The notes beneath the pieces are model-generated. The model saw only the letters and a list, made by a program, of their open reading frames with translations, did not search any database and was not told where the DNA came from. DNA of 64,000 nt, taken from Octopus vulgaris (Eukaryota). The stretch lies in contig OX597819.1 in assembly GCA_951406725.2 (NCBI GenBank), forward strand, positions 22,506,001 through 22,570,000, given 5' to 3'. How positions within the stretch are numbered: position 1 is the first letter of the stretch; each line of letters opens with the position of its first letter. This document shows, piece after piece, positions 24,923-38,908 of the stretch. A program made the translations under genes and the position numbers.

Positions 24923-25782
24923 ATACTTACCAACCACATGGTACCTGGTTCAGTCACACTGCGTGGTACCTTGGGCAAGTGTCTTCTACTACAGCTTCGG
25001 GCCGACCAAACCCTTCTTATAGATTGCTATATCTTTATTCCTACCTAACAATCAATTTTTCACTCTACGTTCTATCGACTCCTCGACTTATAAATTATTA
25101 GCAACTTATAGCATAAATTATATATTTTACTTCTATTAATTACAATCTCTTTTTCTTAATTCTTAATGTTAATACTTTATATATTTCACCCCAATCCAGT
25201 TTTCTTCTGTTCTTTCCTTCGTAGAGAATATATTTTTTTCTATATTTCCTTTATTTCCCTATTTTCCCCGTTTTCTTTATCGTCAATTCACCTAAGACAT
25301 ATTCGTTCAAAACGATCAGTTTACAACTTTCTTAACCATTTTTGTTTTAAATTCTAAATTCTAGTTTTCTCATTTTAACTCTTCATGGCACACCACCCCT
25401 CATTAGCTTTCTCCCCCTTTTTCATTTTCTCCCCCATTTTATGTCGCAACATATCAAATTCTAAGTCCGCCGGAATATGTCTGCAGGTTAGCATGTGGTT
25501 TATGGCATTTTCCACCCCCTACCACTCACATCACTAGTATCATTATTCTTGTGATTTTTAAAAATTCCTTCTAACTATCCTCTAACTATAATTATTTGTT
25601 GACTTAGTTAACAATTTCTTGCGTCTTTTCCTTGTGCCACTTTAACGTTATGGCTAGAGGTAAATTGAAATAATTTCTCACCAATGAAATGATATTTGGT
25701 ACCGGTGACGATGTTGTACTGAATGACAATACATGTGCTATGTATCGTCTTTTCCTCATTTAGTTACATCCTTATCCCCACC

Positions 25783-26820
25783 CTTCTTCATTCTTCTTCT
25801 TCTTCTTCTTCTTCTTCTTCTTCTTCTTCTTCTTCTTCTTCTTCTTCTTCTTCATTCTTCTTCTTCTTCTTCTTCTTCTTCTTCTTCATTCTTCTTCTTC
25901 ATTCTTCTTCTTCTTCTTCTTCTTCTTCATTCTTCTTCATTCTTCTTCTTCATTCTTCTTCTTCATTCTTCTTCTTCTTCATTCTTCTTCTACTTCTTCT
26001 TCTTCATTCTTCTTCTTTTCTTCTTCTTCTTCCTCCTCTTCTTCATTCTTCTTCTTCTTCTTCATTCTTCTTCTTCTTCTTCTTCATTCTTCTTCATTCT
26101 TCTTCTTCTTCATTCTTCTTCTTCTTCATTCTTCTTCTTCTTCTTCCTCCTCTTCTTCTTCTTTCTTCTTCTTCTTTCTTCTTCTTCTTCCTCTTCTTCT
26201 TCATTCTTCTTCTTCTTCTTCTTCTTCTTCTTCATTCTTCTTCTTCGTCATTCTTCTTCTTCTTCTTCTTCTTCTTCATTCTTCATTGTTCTTCATTCTT
26301 CTTCTTCCTCTTCTTCTTCTTCTTCTTCATTCTTCTTCTTCTCCTTCATTCTTCTTCTTCTTCTTCATTCTTCTTCTTCATTCTTCTTCTTCTTCTTCTT
26401 CTTCTTCTTCTTCTTCTTCTTCATTCTTCATTCTTTTTCTTCTAATTCTTCATTCTTCTTCTTCCTTTTCTTCTTCATTCTTCTTCTTCTTCTTCTTCTT
26501 CTTCATTCTTCATTCTTCTTCTTCTTCTTCTTCATTATTCTTCTTCTTCTTCATTCTTCTTCTTCTTGATTCTTCTTCTTCTTCTTTCTTCTTCTTCTTC
26601 TTCTTCTTCTTTCTTCTTTTTCATTCTACTTCTTCTTCTTCTTCTTCTTCATTCTTCTTCATTCTTCTTCATTCTTCTTTTTCTTCATTCTTCTTCTTCT
26701 TCATTTTTCTTCTTTTTCATTCTTCTTCTTCTTCTTCATCTTCTTCTTCTTCTTCATTCTTCTTCTTCATTCTTCTTCTTCTTCTTCTTCTTCTTCTTCT
26801 TCTCTTTCTTCTTCCTCCTT
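25783..26820. repeat. Interrupted (TTC)n polypyrimidine tract of about 1 kb
   Basis: Direct observation; source of the poly-S/F/L ORFs. Confidence 0.97.
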
Positions 26821-27049
26821 CCCATATGACCTCTATGCTAATTATTCATTCCCTAATCGTGCTTTTATTTACTTTTTCTTTCTCCCAAAGTAAACCAAAA
26901 AAAAAAAAAATGCCTAGAAGATACGCAATGTAAGAGCGCATCTGTTATGCAAGTTAGATGAAGTGCCACGCTAATGTCTAAAAGCGTGAACACTTCGTAA
27001 ATTGTCGCCAGACAACGAATGAGAGCTCGACAATTTCTTACCAAACAAC

Positions 27050-27276
27050 CACACAGATGATTTGTTTATAGTGATCAAATGTTTGTGTAGACATAAGCTT
27101 ATTTCCTCCATTAGATCTACATTAACTGTACAGGTGCAATGGGTACCACATGACAGATGCCGAAATCATCACAGAGCAAGAGCAACGTGAAAGGAAGTGC
27201 TTTGCTCAAGAACACCATACAACGCCTGGTCTGGCTATCTCGCAACCGTGAGTGCAACACCCTAACCACTAAGCCA

Positions 27277-27280
<4 letters not shown>
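27050..27280 (-). mobile_element. tRNA-derived SINE
   Basis: Minus strand GGCTTAGTGGTTAGGGTGTTG head followed by TTCTTGAGCAAAGCACTT (CORE-like). Confidence 0.65.
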
Positions 27281-27332
<52 letters not shown>

Positions 27333-27635
27333 AGTTTAAATATTTATGTGAAGTCGTGTGTTGAAACAGATTAGTAAGGAGAGACACAAATAAGAAAGAA
27401 GAAAACAAAGGACCACTGATGCGGTCACAGGAGTGTGACGAAAGAACTCTGGCCGAAATAAGGTTAAGATTAATGTAAAAAATAAATAACACTGAAGCAA
27501 AATGACCATTCCGAAATATAACAATATATATATATATATACAGATATAGGGGGAAATATAATTAATTTAATAAAATCAACAAATTTCACCTAGTAGTATT
27601 TCGGTATGGAAAAGGACCATATTCGGTAAAAGCTT

Positions 27636-28045
<410 letters not shown>

Positions 28046-28047
28046 CA

Positions 28048-28079
<32 letters not shown>

Positions 28080-28244
28080 CTTACTCATAAGGTATTGGAA
28101 TCTTACATATATAACATTCTGCCTAAAAAATGGATCTACAAATTCAATATCTCTACATATCTCACATCTATTTTCTTACCTCCACCTCACTCTCTATTTT
28201 GTATCGCATCTAAATTAATTATTACTTGACCATCTCCTCACACC

Positions 28245-28296
28245 GTCTCCGATGAAGGGATATAATTAAGAAATATCCTGGAAACAGCCGTAAGAC
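28245..28296 (+). ncRNA. Hammerhead-like motif with CCGAUGA core variant
   Basis: GTCT-CCGATGA-AGGGATAT..ATATCCTG-GAAAC-AGCC-GTA-AGAC; stem I GUCU/AGAC. Confidence 0.5.
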
Positions 28297-28818
28297 CTAT
28301 CTATAAATGTTCTAATATCTACACAGTCTTGGTTTTTTATCTCATTACGCAAAAAATTCTTATATACACACGCTGACATATGACCAACGTTGAACCCCTT
28401 ATTCGCAAAATCACCGAACCTGAAGCTTAAATATGGTCTGTCTATAGCACTTATTCAGCATTTCCTGACACCTTTGGGTCTCAATGACACCATTACCTCT
28501 AATAACCATATATATACATATATACTGAGTTGGTGAGTTTGACTTTAAATCAGCCGACTTCGAGGGCCACCTCCCAGTGGTGTCGGGCGTCAACCAAGAG
28601 CCCTCGACTACAATAAGACGCCCAAAGATTTTTTTTTCAAGGTCTGGGGTCTCCTGCCTTTAAGTTCTAGACCATCACATAATACCTCTTACCCGTCTTG
28701 TTTCTTAACAACAACAACGACTTTAAATCAAGCAATTAATAGTTTAAATGACTAATTTTAATTTTGTACAGTTAACTCCATGTATATAAATATTGATGTT
28801 CGAGATGAGTACACATAC

Positions 28819-29560
28819 GAGCGCAGGCTGAAATGCTCATAGGCTGACTGTGAGGAAGTGATCCGGGAGCTGTGAATTCTTGCATGCATCCATTTGAACG
28901 TTTCATAATAATGATAATAATGACTCTAGTATTTTTTTGTTGTTTTTTTATTTTTGAAGTAACGTATCATCTGATTATTCAAAGATTTCAAAAGTGAATA
29001 GCTGAGACTTCTCTTGAATATGGAGAAAATTTAGTATCAAGTACCTGGAGAAAAAAGGGTTTAACTCCGAAAGATATTCACGCTAACACGATTGCTACAT
29101 TAGTGGATGATGATGCAGTTTTATCATCTAACAGTGCAAAAGTGGGCAGTTGAATTGAGGAGGGGAAGACAGAATAGTAAAGATGATCCTGCAACTGCCA
29201 CGACTGACGAAAACATTGAACGTGTCCATCACATCCTGTTGGATAAATGGCGATTGGCTACAAATCAAATAACCAATGTTATTAGCATTTCCCATGAGAG
29301 ATATGAGCATATTCTCTACGATGGACTTGGCACGACGAAGTTCTCGGTGGGTGCCACGTTTTCTAAAACCTGATAAAAAACGCACCAGGCTCATACCATT
29401 ACAGGAAAACCTGATATTATTAGAGGCACATCTAGCTGGTTTCCTTAAACGTATCTTAACACAAGAATAGTATTGGGTTCAGTACTTGGAGTGACATAGA
29501 TCGTGTCCATCACATGCTGATGGATAAATGGCGATTGACTATAAATCAAATAGCCAATTC
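28819..29560 (+). mobile_element. Decayed mariner 5' fragment
   Basis: TA|CGAG start, TVQKWAVELRRGRQNSKDDP and RWVPRFL. Confidence 0.8.
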
Positions 29561-30341
29561 TATTTGCATTGATGTAAATTGATGATTCATACAGATATAA
29601 ATATAATTTTAAAATACTCGCAAAAGCCCATTCTTTGAAACATACCCGCAAGACAACTTATAATTCAAGTTAAGCATTGAAATATGAGAATCGTTTATTC
29701 TATTGGTCTTTACCTCTAGGATTCATAACACCAGTTAACGAGTTTCTATAGCATTAAAATGACCAAGATCCCCATGAACAGGATGTCTATCCGTTACAGG
29801 TTTTAATGCGAGCAATTTTCGAGGAGAACCAACCAGTAATTTTTATCGACTCCAATATTTAACCGGTACCTTAATTTTTGACCTCGACGGGATGAAAGGT
29901 AAATTTGAACTTAGCGGGATATAAGGTCAGAACGTAAAGATCCGGTAGAAATGCCGTTAAGAATTTTGTTCGACATGTTAACGATTCTATCATTTCAATC
30001 GAATCGTTAGTGCGCCTACCAAAAGGTTTTGCAGTATTCAGCTACATTTCTTTACGCAATGCGATCATATCCTACTGTGTTAGACATTACCTTTCGTCAG
30101 TTGAGTTCAATAAAGTAAGGATCCGCCTTTTACTGCGGTTGATATAACCGTCTGGTAGTTGGGGTACATTAATCTCACAGTTAACTCTGGTAGATGGTCA
30201 GTAATTAACAGTTACCGAACAAGACCTATCGCATTCAAAAAAAAAAAAAAGAAAAAATTCAAATATAAACCTTTGTTGAGATTTTGATATTTCAATACAT
30301 GTAGTGAAGAGAGGAAATGAAAGCTTTCTTTGTCAACTTAC

Positions 30342-30479
30342 ACACAGATAATACAATTATTTGCCATTGAATTACACCAATAAGCACGCAACTTTTCCAG
30401 GTGCAGATAGCTTCTTCCTTTACAAGCCATCTTTGTCCCTTTTTGCGACATTTATTCTCGTAGTAACATCCATGGCAAT
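30342..30479 (-). CDS. Gene A exon 3: (D)CHGCYYENKCRKKGQRWLVKEEAICTWKSCVLIGVIQWQIIVLSV(Y)
   Basis: Acceptor tttatttttatctag|AT and donor T|gtaagt. 138 nt, symmetric phase 1-1, 5 Cys. Confidence 0.85.
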
Positions 30480-30924
30480 CTAGATAAAAATAAATATATT
30501 TCAATATCTTCTAAGCAGTATTATATAGTGGAACTTTTCTAAGGTAGACCTATTATAAATTAGGAGAAAGTAAACTTGGTTCCCATAATGGGTATTATAC
30601 AATGCTTAGATAATAACTTTTGTTTTTCTTTTCCAAACAGTATATGACATTTTGTCGGATCAGTTACCTCTTTTTCCAGTCCTGTTTTGATAAAAAGAAA
30701 AACGTTTGAGGAGTATATTGATACAGGTACGTTATTCTACCCACGAAAGTGATTTAAGCAAAACAAAAGATATTGATGTGAAGTGTTAAATCGCATAATG
30801 TACAGGAAACTCTGGTATTCAGTTTTTGGTATAGGCGTTGTCTGCTAATTACAATTCGTGAACCCTAAAAGATAAAACTAATAACAATAATAATAACAAT
30901 AATAACAATAAGAATAATAATAAT

Positions 30925-31369
30925 ATACCAAAAACTGAGCAAATATAAAGATCTTGAAATAGAAATCAGCAAAATGTGGAAGCTGAAGACTAAAACAATA
31001 CCTGTTGTCATAGGTGCCCTGGGAATGATAGCAAAAGGGGTTGATAGCTACCTAACTCTGATACCAGGAAACCCCAAAATGGCAGAAGTTCAAAAGATAG
31101 TGCTCATGGGAACTGCTCATATCCTACGCAAAATACTCTCTATGTAACCTCAAGGTTTAAAACAACCATAATTTTCGGTTTTAAAAAAAAAAAAAAAAAT
31201 TTTTTTCTTTTTTTTTTTTTTAGACATTCATTAGTACAACATCCCCACCCCCAAATATATGGCACACTAGGCATAACAACAACATGAACTTCCAACCCTG
31301 TTGTCTCTTGAGGTCTCTGGGTGAGACTTGGAGCCAACTTGTACAAATATAAAGCAAAAGTCAAACATA

Positions 31370-31372
<3 letters not shown>
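30925..31372 (+). mobile_element. R4/Dong-type (RLE) non-LTR element 3' end in (TAA)n
   Basis: KLSKYKDLEIEISKMWKLKTKTIPVVIGALG...QKIVLMGTAHILRKILSM*, a 3'UTR, and (TAA)n on both sides. Confidence 0.88.
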
Positions 31373-31420
<48 letters not shown>

Positions 31421-31589
31421 CAATAATAATAACAATAACAATAATAATAATAATAACAATAACAATAATAATAATTATAATAATAATATTAGTAATAATA
31501 ATAATAATAACAATAACAATAACGATAACAATAATAATAATAATAATAATAATAATGATAATAATAATAACAATAACAATAACAATAAC

Positions 31590-31648
<59 letters not shown>

Positions 31649-31665
31649 TAATAATAATAATAATG

Positions 31666-31731
<66 letters not shown>
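31371..31731. repeat. (TAA)n microsatellite
   Basis: Direct observation; a similar tract lies at 40678-40980. Confidence 0.95.
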
Positions 31732-31732
<1 letters not shown>

Positions 31733-32286
31733 GAGAAATGTTGATGGAGCTGTGAAGGATGAGGAACAAGAACTTTATACAGTGAACCCTGATACTGTGG
31801 TGGTTGGACATGCAGGTTAAATGAACCAACTAGATAATGAATTGCTTGTAATTCAAAGACTGCTCACGGAGGACATAACACAAACAAAAAATCTTGTCCG
31901 AGCTATTGCTGTCCGAGAAATCACAACTTAAGAAAACAAAAAATGGTGGAGCAAAAAACCGTGGTAGAAACGATTGTAAGTGACATAATGCGGGCAATTT
32001 AAGATCTAGGAAAAACCGAGCAATGGTTAAGGGGAAACTGGAAAAATGGGGAAAAGATATATGTATATGGATTCTTTCTTTTATTATTTTATTTGTTTCA
32101 GTCATTTGACTGGGGCCATGCTGCAGCACCGCCTTTAGCCGAACAAATCGACTCCAGGCCTTATATATATATATATATATATCGCTTATGGTATTTATCG
32201 GAAAAACCAGTGGAAAATGGGATGCTTTTCGATCCCTATGAATGAAACTATTTTTTCTTGCATTGATTTCACACACACACACACGC

Positions 32287-32377
<91 letters not shown>

Positions 32378-32720
32378 TGTGTGTGTGTATGTATATAAAC
32401 GCTCATATATACATACATATATACATACGCACACATATGAGAGTAAGTATTCCGGAAACTCTATGCACACATTGGTGAAACTGATCGACAAGCATGTCAA
32501 GATATTGAATTTTTTGTTTGTACAAATCATCGATCGCATACACATGTATAAGTGTGCGCGCATGTGTTCGAATGTGCGCGTGTGTGTACGTACGTATGCG
32601 TCCGTGAGTTTGATCGTATATAAAAAGAAGCATTGATGTCAGTGTATTTATAAGACCAGTATCACATAGACGAACTTGTAAAAATGAATGCGTACGTAAA
32701 TGAAGGTAATTAATTGCTTT

Positions 32721-33012
32721 GTGGAGGTGCAATGACCCAGTGGACTTGCGGTCGGAGGATCGCGGTTTCGATTCCCAGACCGGGCGTTGTGAGTGTTTAT
32801 TGAGCGAAAACACCTAAAGCTCAACGAGGCTCCGGCAGATGGTTGTGGCGACCCCTGTTGTACTCTTTCGCCGCAACTTTCTCTCACTCTTTCTTTCTGT
32901 TTCTTGGGTAACGCTGCGATGAACTGGCGTCCCGTCCAGCTGGGGTGAACACATACGCATCAGCAACCGGGAAACCGGGCCCATGTACCTGACTAGGCTT
33001 GAAAAGGGCGCA
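32721..33012 (+). mobile_element. tRNA-derived SINE (inverse copy at about 36110-36276)
   Basis: GGAGGTGCAATGACCCAGTGG head, GGTTTCGATTCCC B-box and GTGTTTATTGAGCGAAAACAC. Confidence 0.8.
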
Positions 33013-33526
33013 GAAAAAATTATAAAAAATTAATTGCTTTACTGGACGAATTGATCAATTTTAACGGTTTCAATATAAATGTATACATTTTGATGTTCAA
33101 ACACAAAATTTGCTGATGAAGCAAATGTCTATTTATACGATTGCCTTATTGCCTTGTATTACAGGATTGTTAAACCCAGCAATCTAGGTGGCTCCTTTAT
33201 AGCAGGTGACAAAGATGAATGATTCTTGTAATAACGAACAGAATTTGCAAGATGGAACGCAGCTGATTATCTAAGCAAATTCTACCTGCACCCCCTCCAT
33301 CTTATTTATCCCACTTTCTTCCTTTATCTTGTAGTCATATGATTATTTGGAACCACGCAGTTCGGAATCTTATGGATGATCGCCATATTATATTTTCTAT
33401 ATACTGATTAGGTGATCTTTCAATATATTGTAAAGGAAGCTTTGCACACTGGATGGGAATATATTAATAGAAGACGACATATTTGAAATATATTGCAAGA
33501 TTCGTCATAATTGAAGTAAATGAAAA

Positions 33527-34089
33527 TCTCTATATGTAAAGCTGAGGTTGTCTGTGTACGGCAGGTTTGGTAGCTTTCAACTAACACTATCCCCTCCGTG
33601 ACCCTGCGGCGCAAGTTCACCAAAATTGAGAGTCTGATAGAAGAAGGCTTGCTCTTCCTTCCGTAGAAGAAAAAATTCAAATCGGACCATGTTAAAATCC
33701 CTATTTTTTACTATTTATAAAGCTGAAGTTGTCTGTGTATGGCAGGTTTGGTAGCCTTCAACTAACACTATCTCCTCCGTGATCGTGCGGCGCAAGTTGA
33801 CCAAAATTGAGAGTATGACAGGTTTGCTCTTCCGTAGAAGAAAAAATTCAATCGGACCATGTTAACACCAAAAATTATTTACATCAAAAAGGTGATTTTT
33901 TTAAAAATGAAAATCCCTATTTTTTACGATTTTGTGACTGCTGTGTCGCCATTTTTCGAAGTATTTCAACCAGAAAAATGTTCACTTAAAGAGAATAACC
34001 AGCTACATAATGCAAAATATTTTACTTTTCAAAAATTCCAATCCTAAAGGGTCGAAACAAAACCGAGCAACGCCGGGCGACACTGCTAG
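33527..34089 (+). mobile_element. Non-autonomous Helitron with duplicated 5' segment
   Basis: A|TC start, duplicated head of about 185 bp, CCGAGCAACGCCGGG hairpin and CTAG|T end. Confidence 0.85.
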
Positions 34090-34269
34090 TAAACTATATA
34101 TTAAAAATAATTTCCTATCTCGGAAATCATTGGATATTTTGCACATACAAGCAGCATATATACTTAGACCTGTACGTATGTCTGTCTCGTTTGTATTTAA
34201 TCACTTGAACTCTTCTTTTGGTATGTACGTATGCAGCTATCTGCATATGTATTTATATTCTTCTATTCT

Positions 34270-34765
<496 letters not shown>

Positions 34766-35423
34766 AGGAAAAGATTCAATAAGCCCCTTGTAATTACTGG
34801 CAAGGATTTAAAACGTCCACTTGTGTGTTATGTTAACACTTTAAACACCCTTAGGCCACACATATATCCACACAAAGATATACACTCCCATATATAAATG
34901 CATACATATATATATATTATTATATAAATATACATACATATATATATACATACATACATAATACATACATACATAAGATACGAAAAGGGACAACAAAACA
35001 TCCAGATAGACGATGCAAAAAAATAACAAGAATGGGTCATTCGAAGCCTTTTATCCTCAGTCAAGAACCGGATCATCCTCGCAATTTCGGCTGATAAATC
35101 TCAAGATTGCTCCAATCTGGCTAGCCCCAATGAAAATCTAAGCTAAGAGCATTAGATTACTTGGAAAAAAGCATCGAATGTATACGGAAACAAGGACGGA
35201 AAACAGACGATGTTACACGAATATAATACCAATATATATGTATGTATGTATGTATCTATGTATATATACATATTCTCAATTCGTGACAATGGAAATGAAA
35301 TATCGGTAATTGTAACACAATCAAAACACGAAAAGATTGATTGAATAGATGAAAAGATTTGGAGATTAGACAATTTCCAAAAGTTTAGTTATTCAGTATT
35401 TTCGTATATGATTGGAGACTTAC

Positions 35424-35502
35424 CGGGGTCATGTGGTTCACTTTGAGCTGTTACTGCTGTCAAAAACAAGAAGCAAAAAAGAAATAGTCGTGTCATAATC
35501 AT
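35424..35502 (-). CDS. Gene A exon 2, signal peptide: (MI)MTRLFLFCFLFLTAVTAQSEPHDP
   Basis: Acceptor ttctaatttcag| and donor G|gtaagt (phase 1). The ATG at 35494-35496 is conserved with the paralogous exons at 52283 and 60208; all have 73 coding nt. Confidence 0.9.
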
Positions 35503-35722
35503 CTGAAATTAGAAATGTTATTTCAAGTGATCGAACTTGTAACAGTTTTCTATTTTAATGAAAAAGAACAACACAAGATGATACAAGAGTGTGAGAATTT
35601 TATAGGTATCGACATGTGTGTGTCTGTGTTTGTGTGTGTGCGTGTATTTGTGTGTGTATGTGTGTATGTATGCGTGTGTGCATGTGTGTATGTATGCGTG
35701 TATATACGTTTATCGGCAATTG

Positions 35723-35753
<31 letters not shown>

Positions 35754-35762
35754 AAGTATATA

Positions 35763-36095
35763 TTAGGTTGTTCGGAAAATTCTGAGCGTTTTTTTTAATA
35801 TACAATAAGGGATATATTTCATGAAACATACGTTTAGAAGCATCCGAGCCCCTACAAGTTCTCTAGTCGTCCTATTTGATTTTTCTTCGATTTTTGCTTT
35901 CAAAAGATTTTCGTTCACTTTCGAAGGTCTTCCACTGCGATTGTTATCTACCAAGCTAAACTCTCCCGCTTTAAATTTTGTAAACCACCTTCGAACACTT
36001 GATTCACCTACAGCATCACCATAAACTTCACAAATGTTTTTGCAAGTTATTTCAGCATTTTCTCCTTTTTCAAAAAAGAAAAGCATTACGACGCA
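35763..36095 (-). mobile_element. Mariner fragment (HTH region plus one TIR)
   Basis: ICEVYGDAVGESSVRRWFTKFKAGEFSLVD..RSGRP; TA|TTAGGTTGTTCGGAAA end. Confidence 0.88.
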
Positions 36096-36511
36096 AATCT
36101 TAGATAAATATAAGCGAGCAGGCCAACAGAAGAAAGAGTGGTGTTAGAGTACAGCGTCATGGAGTCTTTCGGTGTTTTCGCTCAATAAACACTCACAACG
36201 CCCGGTCTGGGAATCGAAACCGCGATCCTATGACCGCAAGTCCGCTGCCCTAACCACTGGGCCATTGCGCCTCCACTCTCTCTATATATTCATATGTGCA
36301 CATGCATGTCCTTATATTTTAAGTATCAGCCCAATCGTGTTTATTTGTATCAGTAACTCCATATCAGCTCACCTAGATTCCTCTTATAGCCAATCTTAAC
36401 CCCATGATAAGTACTTCGCAGTGTAAGTTCAAATAATTTGACCACTACAACATATTTTCTATATTAACCATCTCTTGATAACACATTCTCTCTCTTTCTA
36501 TATATATATAT

Positions 36512-37230
36512 ATTTTGCTTTTAGAAGCGTTGAGATGTATCGTAAGATACACGTGAGGAAATAATTTATTCTCAAACGCAGAATAATGCTGATAGAATAG
36601 CATAAAGTATCGATATTTTTGCGGAAAATTTGTCTGCAGCCAGCCATGAGACACGAACTCGCATCACTGTGATTACCGGTCACGTACTTTACCAATTAAG
36701 CTAAACTGCCCACTGACAAATTAATTCGCAAGTTTTGAACTTATAAATCTAATTTATAAGACGCTGTATGTTATATTCAAATTATGATAAATATAACAGG
36801 GAAGTGAGTTCGAGTTTCGTGGCTGGCTGCTGACAAATTATTCCGCCAAAATACGGGTACTTTATTTTTGTTCCTGCTGTTCTGTCAGTATTATTCTGCG
36901 TTTGAGAATAAAGCATTTCCTTATCTGTATCTTACAATACATTTTAACGCTTCTAAAATCATACTTTGTTTACATTTATCTTGATTTTAATCTAATATAC
37001 AGCACCTTGTAAGCTAGATTTATAAGTTCAAAGCATGTGGATCCATTTGTCAGTTTAAGCAGCTTAGCTTAATTGGTAAAACGCTTGACCGGTAATCACA
37101 GGGATATGAGTTCTAGTCTCACGACTGGCTGCTGATAAATCTTTCGGCAAAAATATGGATACTTTATCTTGTTCCTGCTGTTCTATCAGCATTATTCTGC
37201 GTAAATTATTCCTTATCTGTATCTTATATA
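36512..37230. repeat. tRNA-derived unit of about 290 bp in tandem and inverted arrangement
   Basis: tRNA-like sequence at 37058-37130(+) and about 36638-36710(-). 36797-36960 is repeated at 37098-37230 and inverted at 36512-36670. Confidence 0.8.
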
Positions 37231-37676
37231 TGCATTTATAGGAATGTGTGGGTGTACGTATGTCATTTTTCAATTTCATTTCAAGATATTTTGCCAGTAG
37301 GGAAAGAGCCAGTTTCTCACCTAGTTCCGGCCTCCTCCATTGGAATTTGAACAATATCAACCGGGTATTTTTGTTTGTATGTATGTATGAATGTATGTAT
37401 GTATATGTGTAGATTTATATGTTTTGCTTTATGCATGTATTCTCATGCATATACTTGTATATATAGAGATGTTCATAAATATATAAATAAGACACATCTG
37501 GAAAGTTTTACTAATTTTTACAGTTCTAGTTATGGATTGGATCTGTATTATTTGAAGCAGCATTCTCCTTTCTGTATGTATGTATGTATATATGTATTAA
37601 TATATATATGTATGTATGTATGTATGTATTAATATATATATATATGTATGTATGTATGTAAAAAAGACAGATAGAC

Positions 37677-37711
<35 letters not shown>

Positions 37712-37712
37712 C

Positions 37713-37791
<79 letters not shown>

Positions 37792-37899
37792 CAGGTATTA
37801 GGTATTGTAACCTCGTAACCTATCAAAGAATATTGCCAGAAAATTGAACATGATTATTTCTATGATCGTGTTCAACAAATGTACGAAATAGCAATAATA

Positions 37900-38095
37900 A
37901 TCTTTTCTACTTTAGGTCGAAAGACTCAAATTATCGGGAAGGGGATTAGTCGATTACATCGACACCGGTATTTCACTGTTACTTAACTTATCGACCCCGA
38001 AAGAAATTAAGTCGAAGTCGATCTCGCTGGAATTTAAACTCATATCGTAACGACGGGCGAAATACCGCTAAACATTTCGCCCAGCATCCTAACAA
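37900..38095 (-). mobile_element. tRNA-derived SINE (Meta-domain-like)
   Basis: Inverse relative of 46741-46975; a further degraded copy lies at 29850-29990. Confidence 0.7.
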
Positions 38096-38097
38096 TT

Positions 38098-38173
<76 letters not shown>

Positions 38174-38257
38174 TTTCTTCTTCTTCTTCTTCTCCTTCTC
38201 CTTCTTCTTCTTCTTCTTCTTCTTCTCCTTCTTCTCTTTCTTCTTCTCTTTCTTCTT

Positions 38258-38288
<31 letters not shown>

Positions 38289-38310
38289 TTATTATTATTA
38301 TTATTATTAT

Positions 38311-38908
38311 TGAGTGAGAGAGCAGTTCATGCCATCAAAGTGATACTGGAATAAAATATACGAAGCCCAATATACCCATCATGACTAACCGTCTGATAAG
38401 AGTACACCAGGCACATGCATCACAACCATATGTGCGCGACATGGTGATCACATATCAAGATAAACAGCACATGACCTTGCAGGTGGGGTCCAGTTAGAAT
38501 TTTCTTCAGGTTGAGTAGTCCATCCCGCTCAAAAGGTCCCTGAATAAGGGTTGTTTCAGGCTTTTGAAAGAACCACCATGTTTCCAGAGGTGAATTATTC
38601 AAACCCCGAAGAATCCCTCTCAACACATGGCTATGATGCTCCCCCACTACTTCTGCTCGTGATCAGAGATGCACATATCGTCAGCCACTAAGGGACATGC
38701 TCAATTGGTTAAAGTCAAACAACTGACAAGCAAATCTGTGGTATTAAGCAGAATATTTGCTGTAGCCCATCTTTTATACCAAGACAAAACAATGTACATG
38801 ATAACACTTCCAATCAGTTAAGATCAGAAGCCATGAGAGCCACTGCCTGGTACTGCATCAGGGCATTAGGTACTGCATCAGGGCATTTAGGTACTGCATC
38901 AGGGCAAT
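38311..38908 (-). mobile_element. Retroposon 3' region ending in (TAA)n, with a triplicated 19-20-mer
   Basis: Bounded by (TTA)n; GGTACTGCATCAGGGCA occurs three times at 38849-38907. Confidence 0.5.

Noticed and set aside
25723-26933. Long ORFs rich in S/F/L
   Set aside because: Stop-free frames of the (TTC)n tract.
31140-31829. Poly-Ile/Asn/Leu ORFs (also 40632-41093)
   Set aside because: (TAA)n microsatellite.
34980-35220. Possible hammerhead-bearing repeat (CTGAGGA, CAGCCGAAA on the minus strand)
   Set aside because: The core boxes are not in a compatible order with pairing stems.
37058-37130. Functional tRNA-Thr gene
   Set aside because: The acceptor stem pairs poorly, the copies are diverged, and it is embedded in a repeat.
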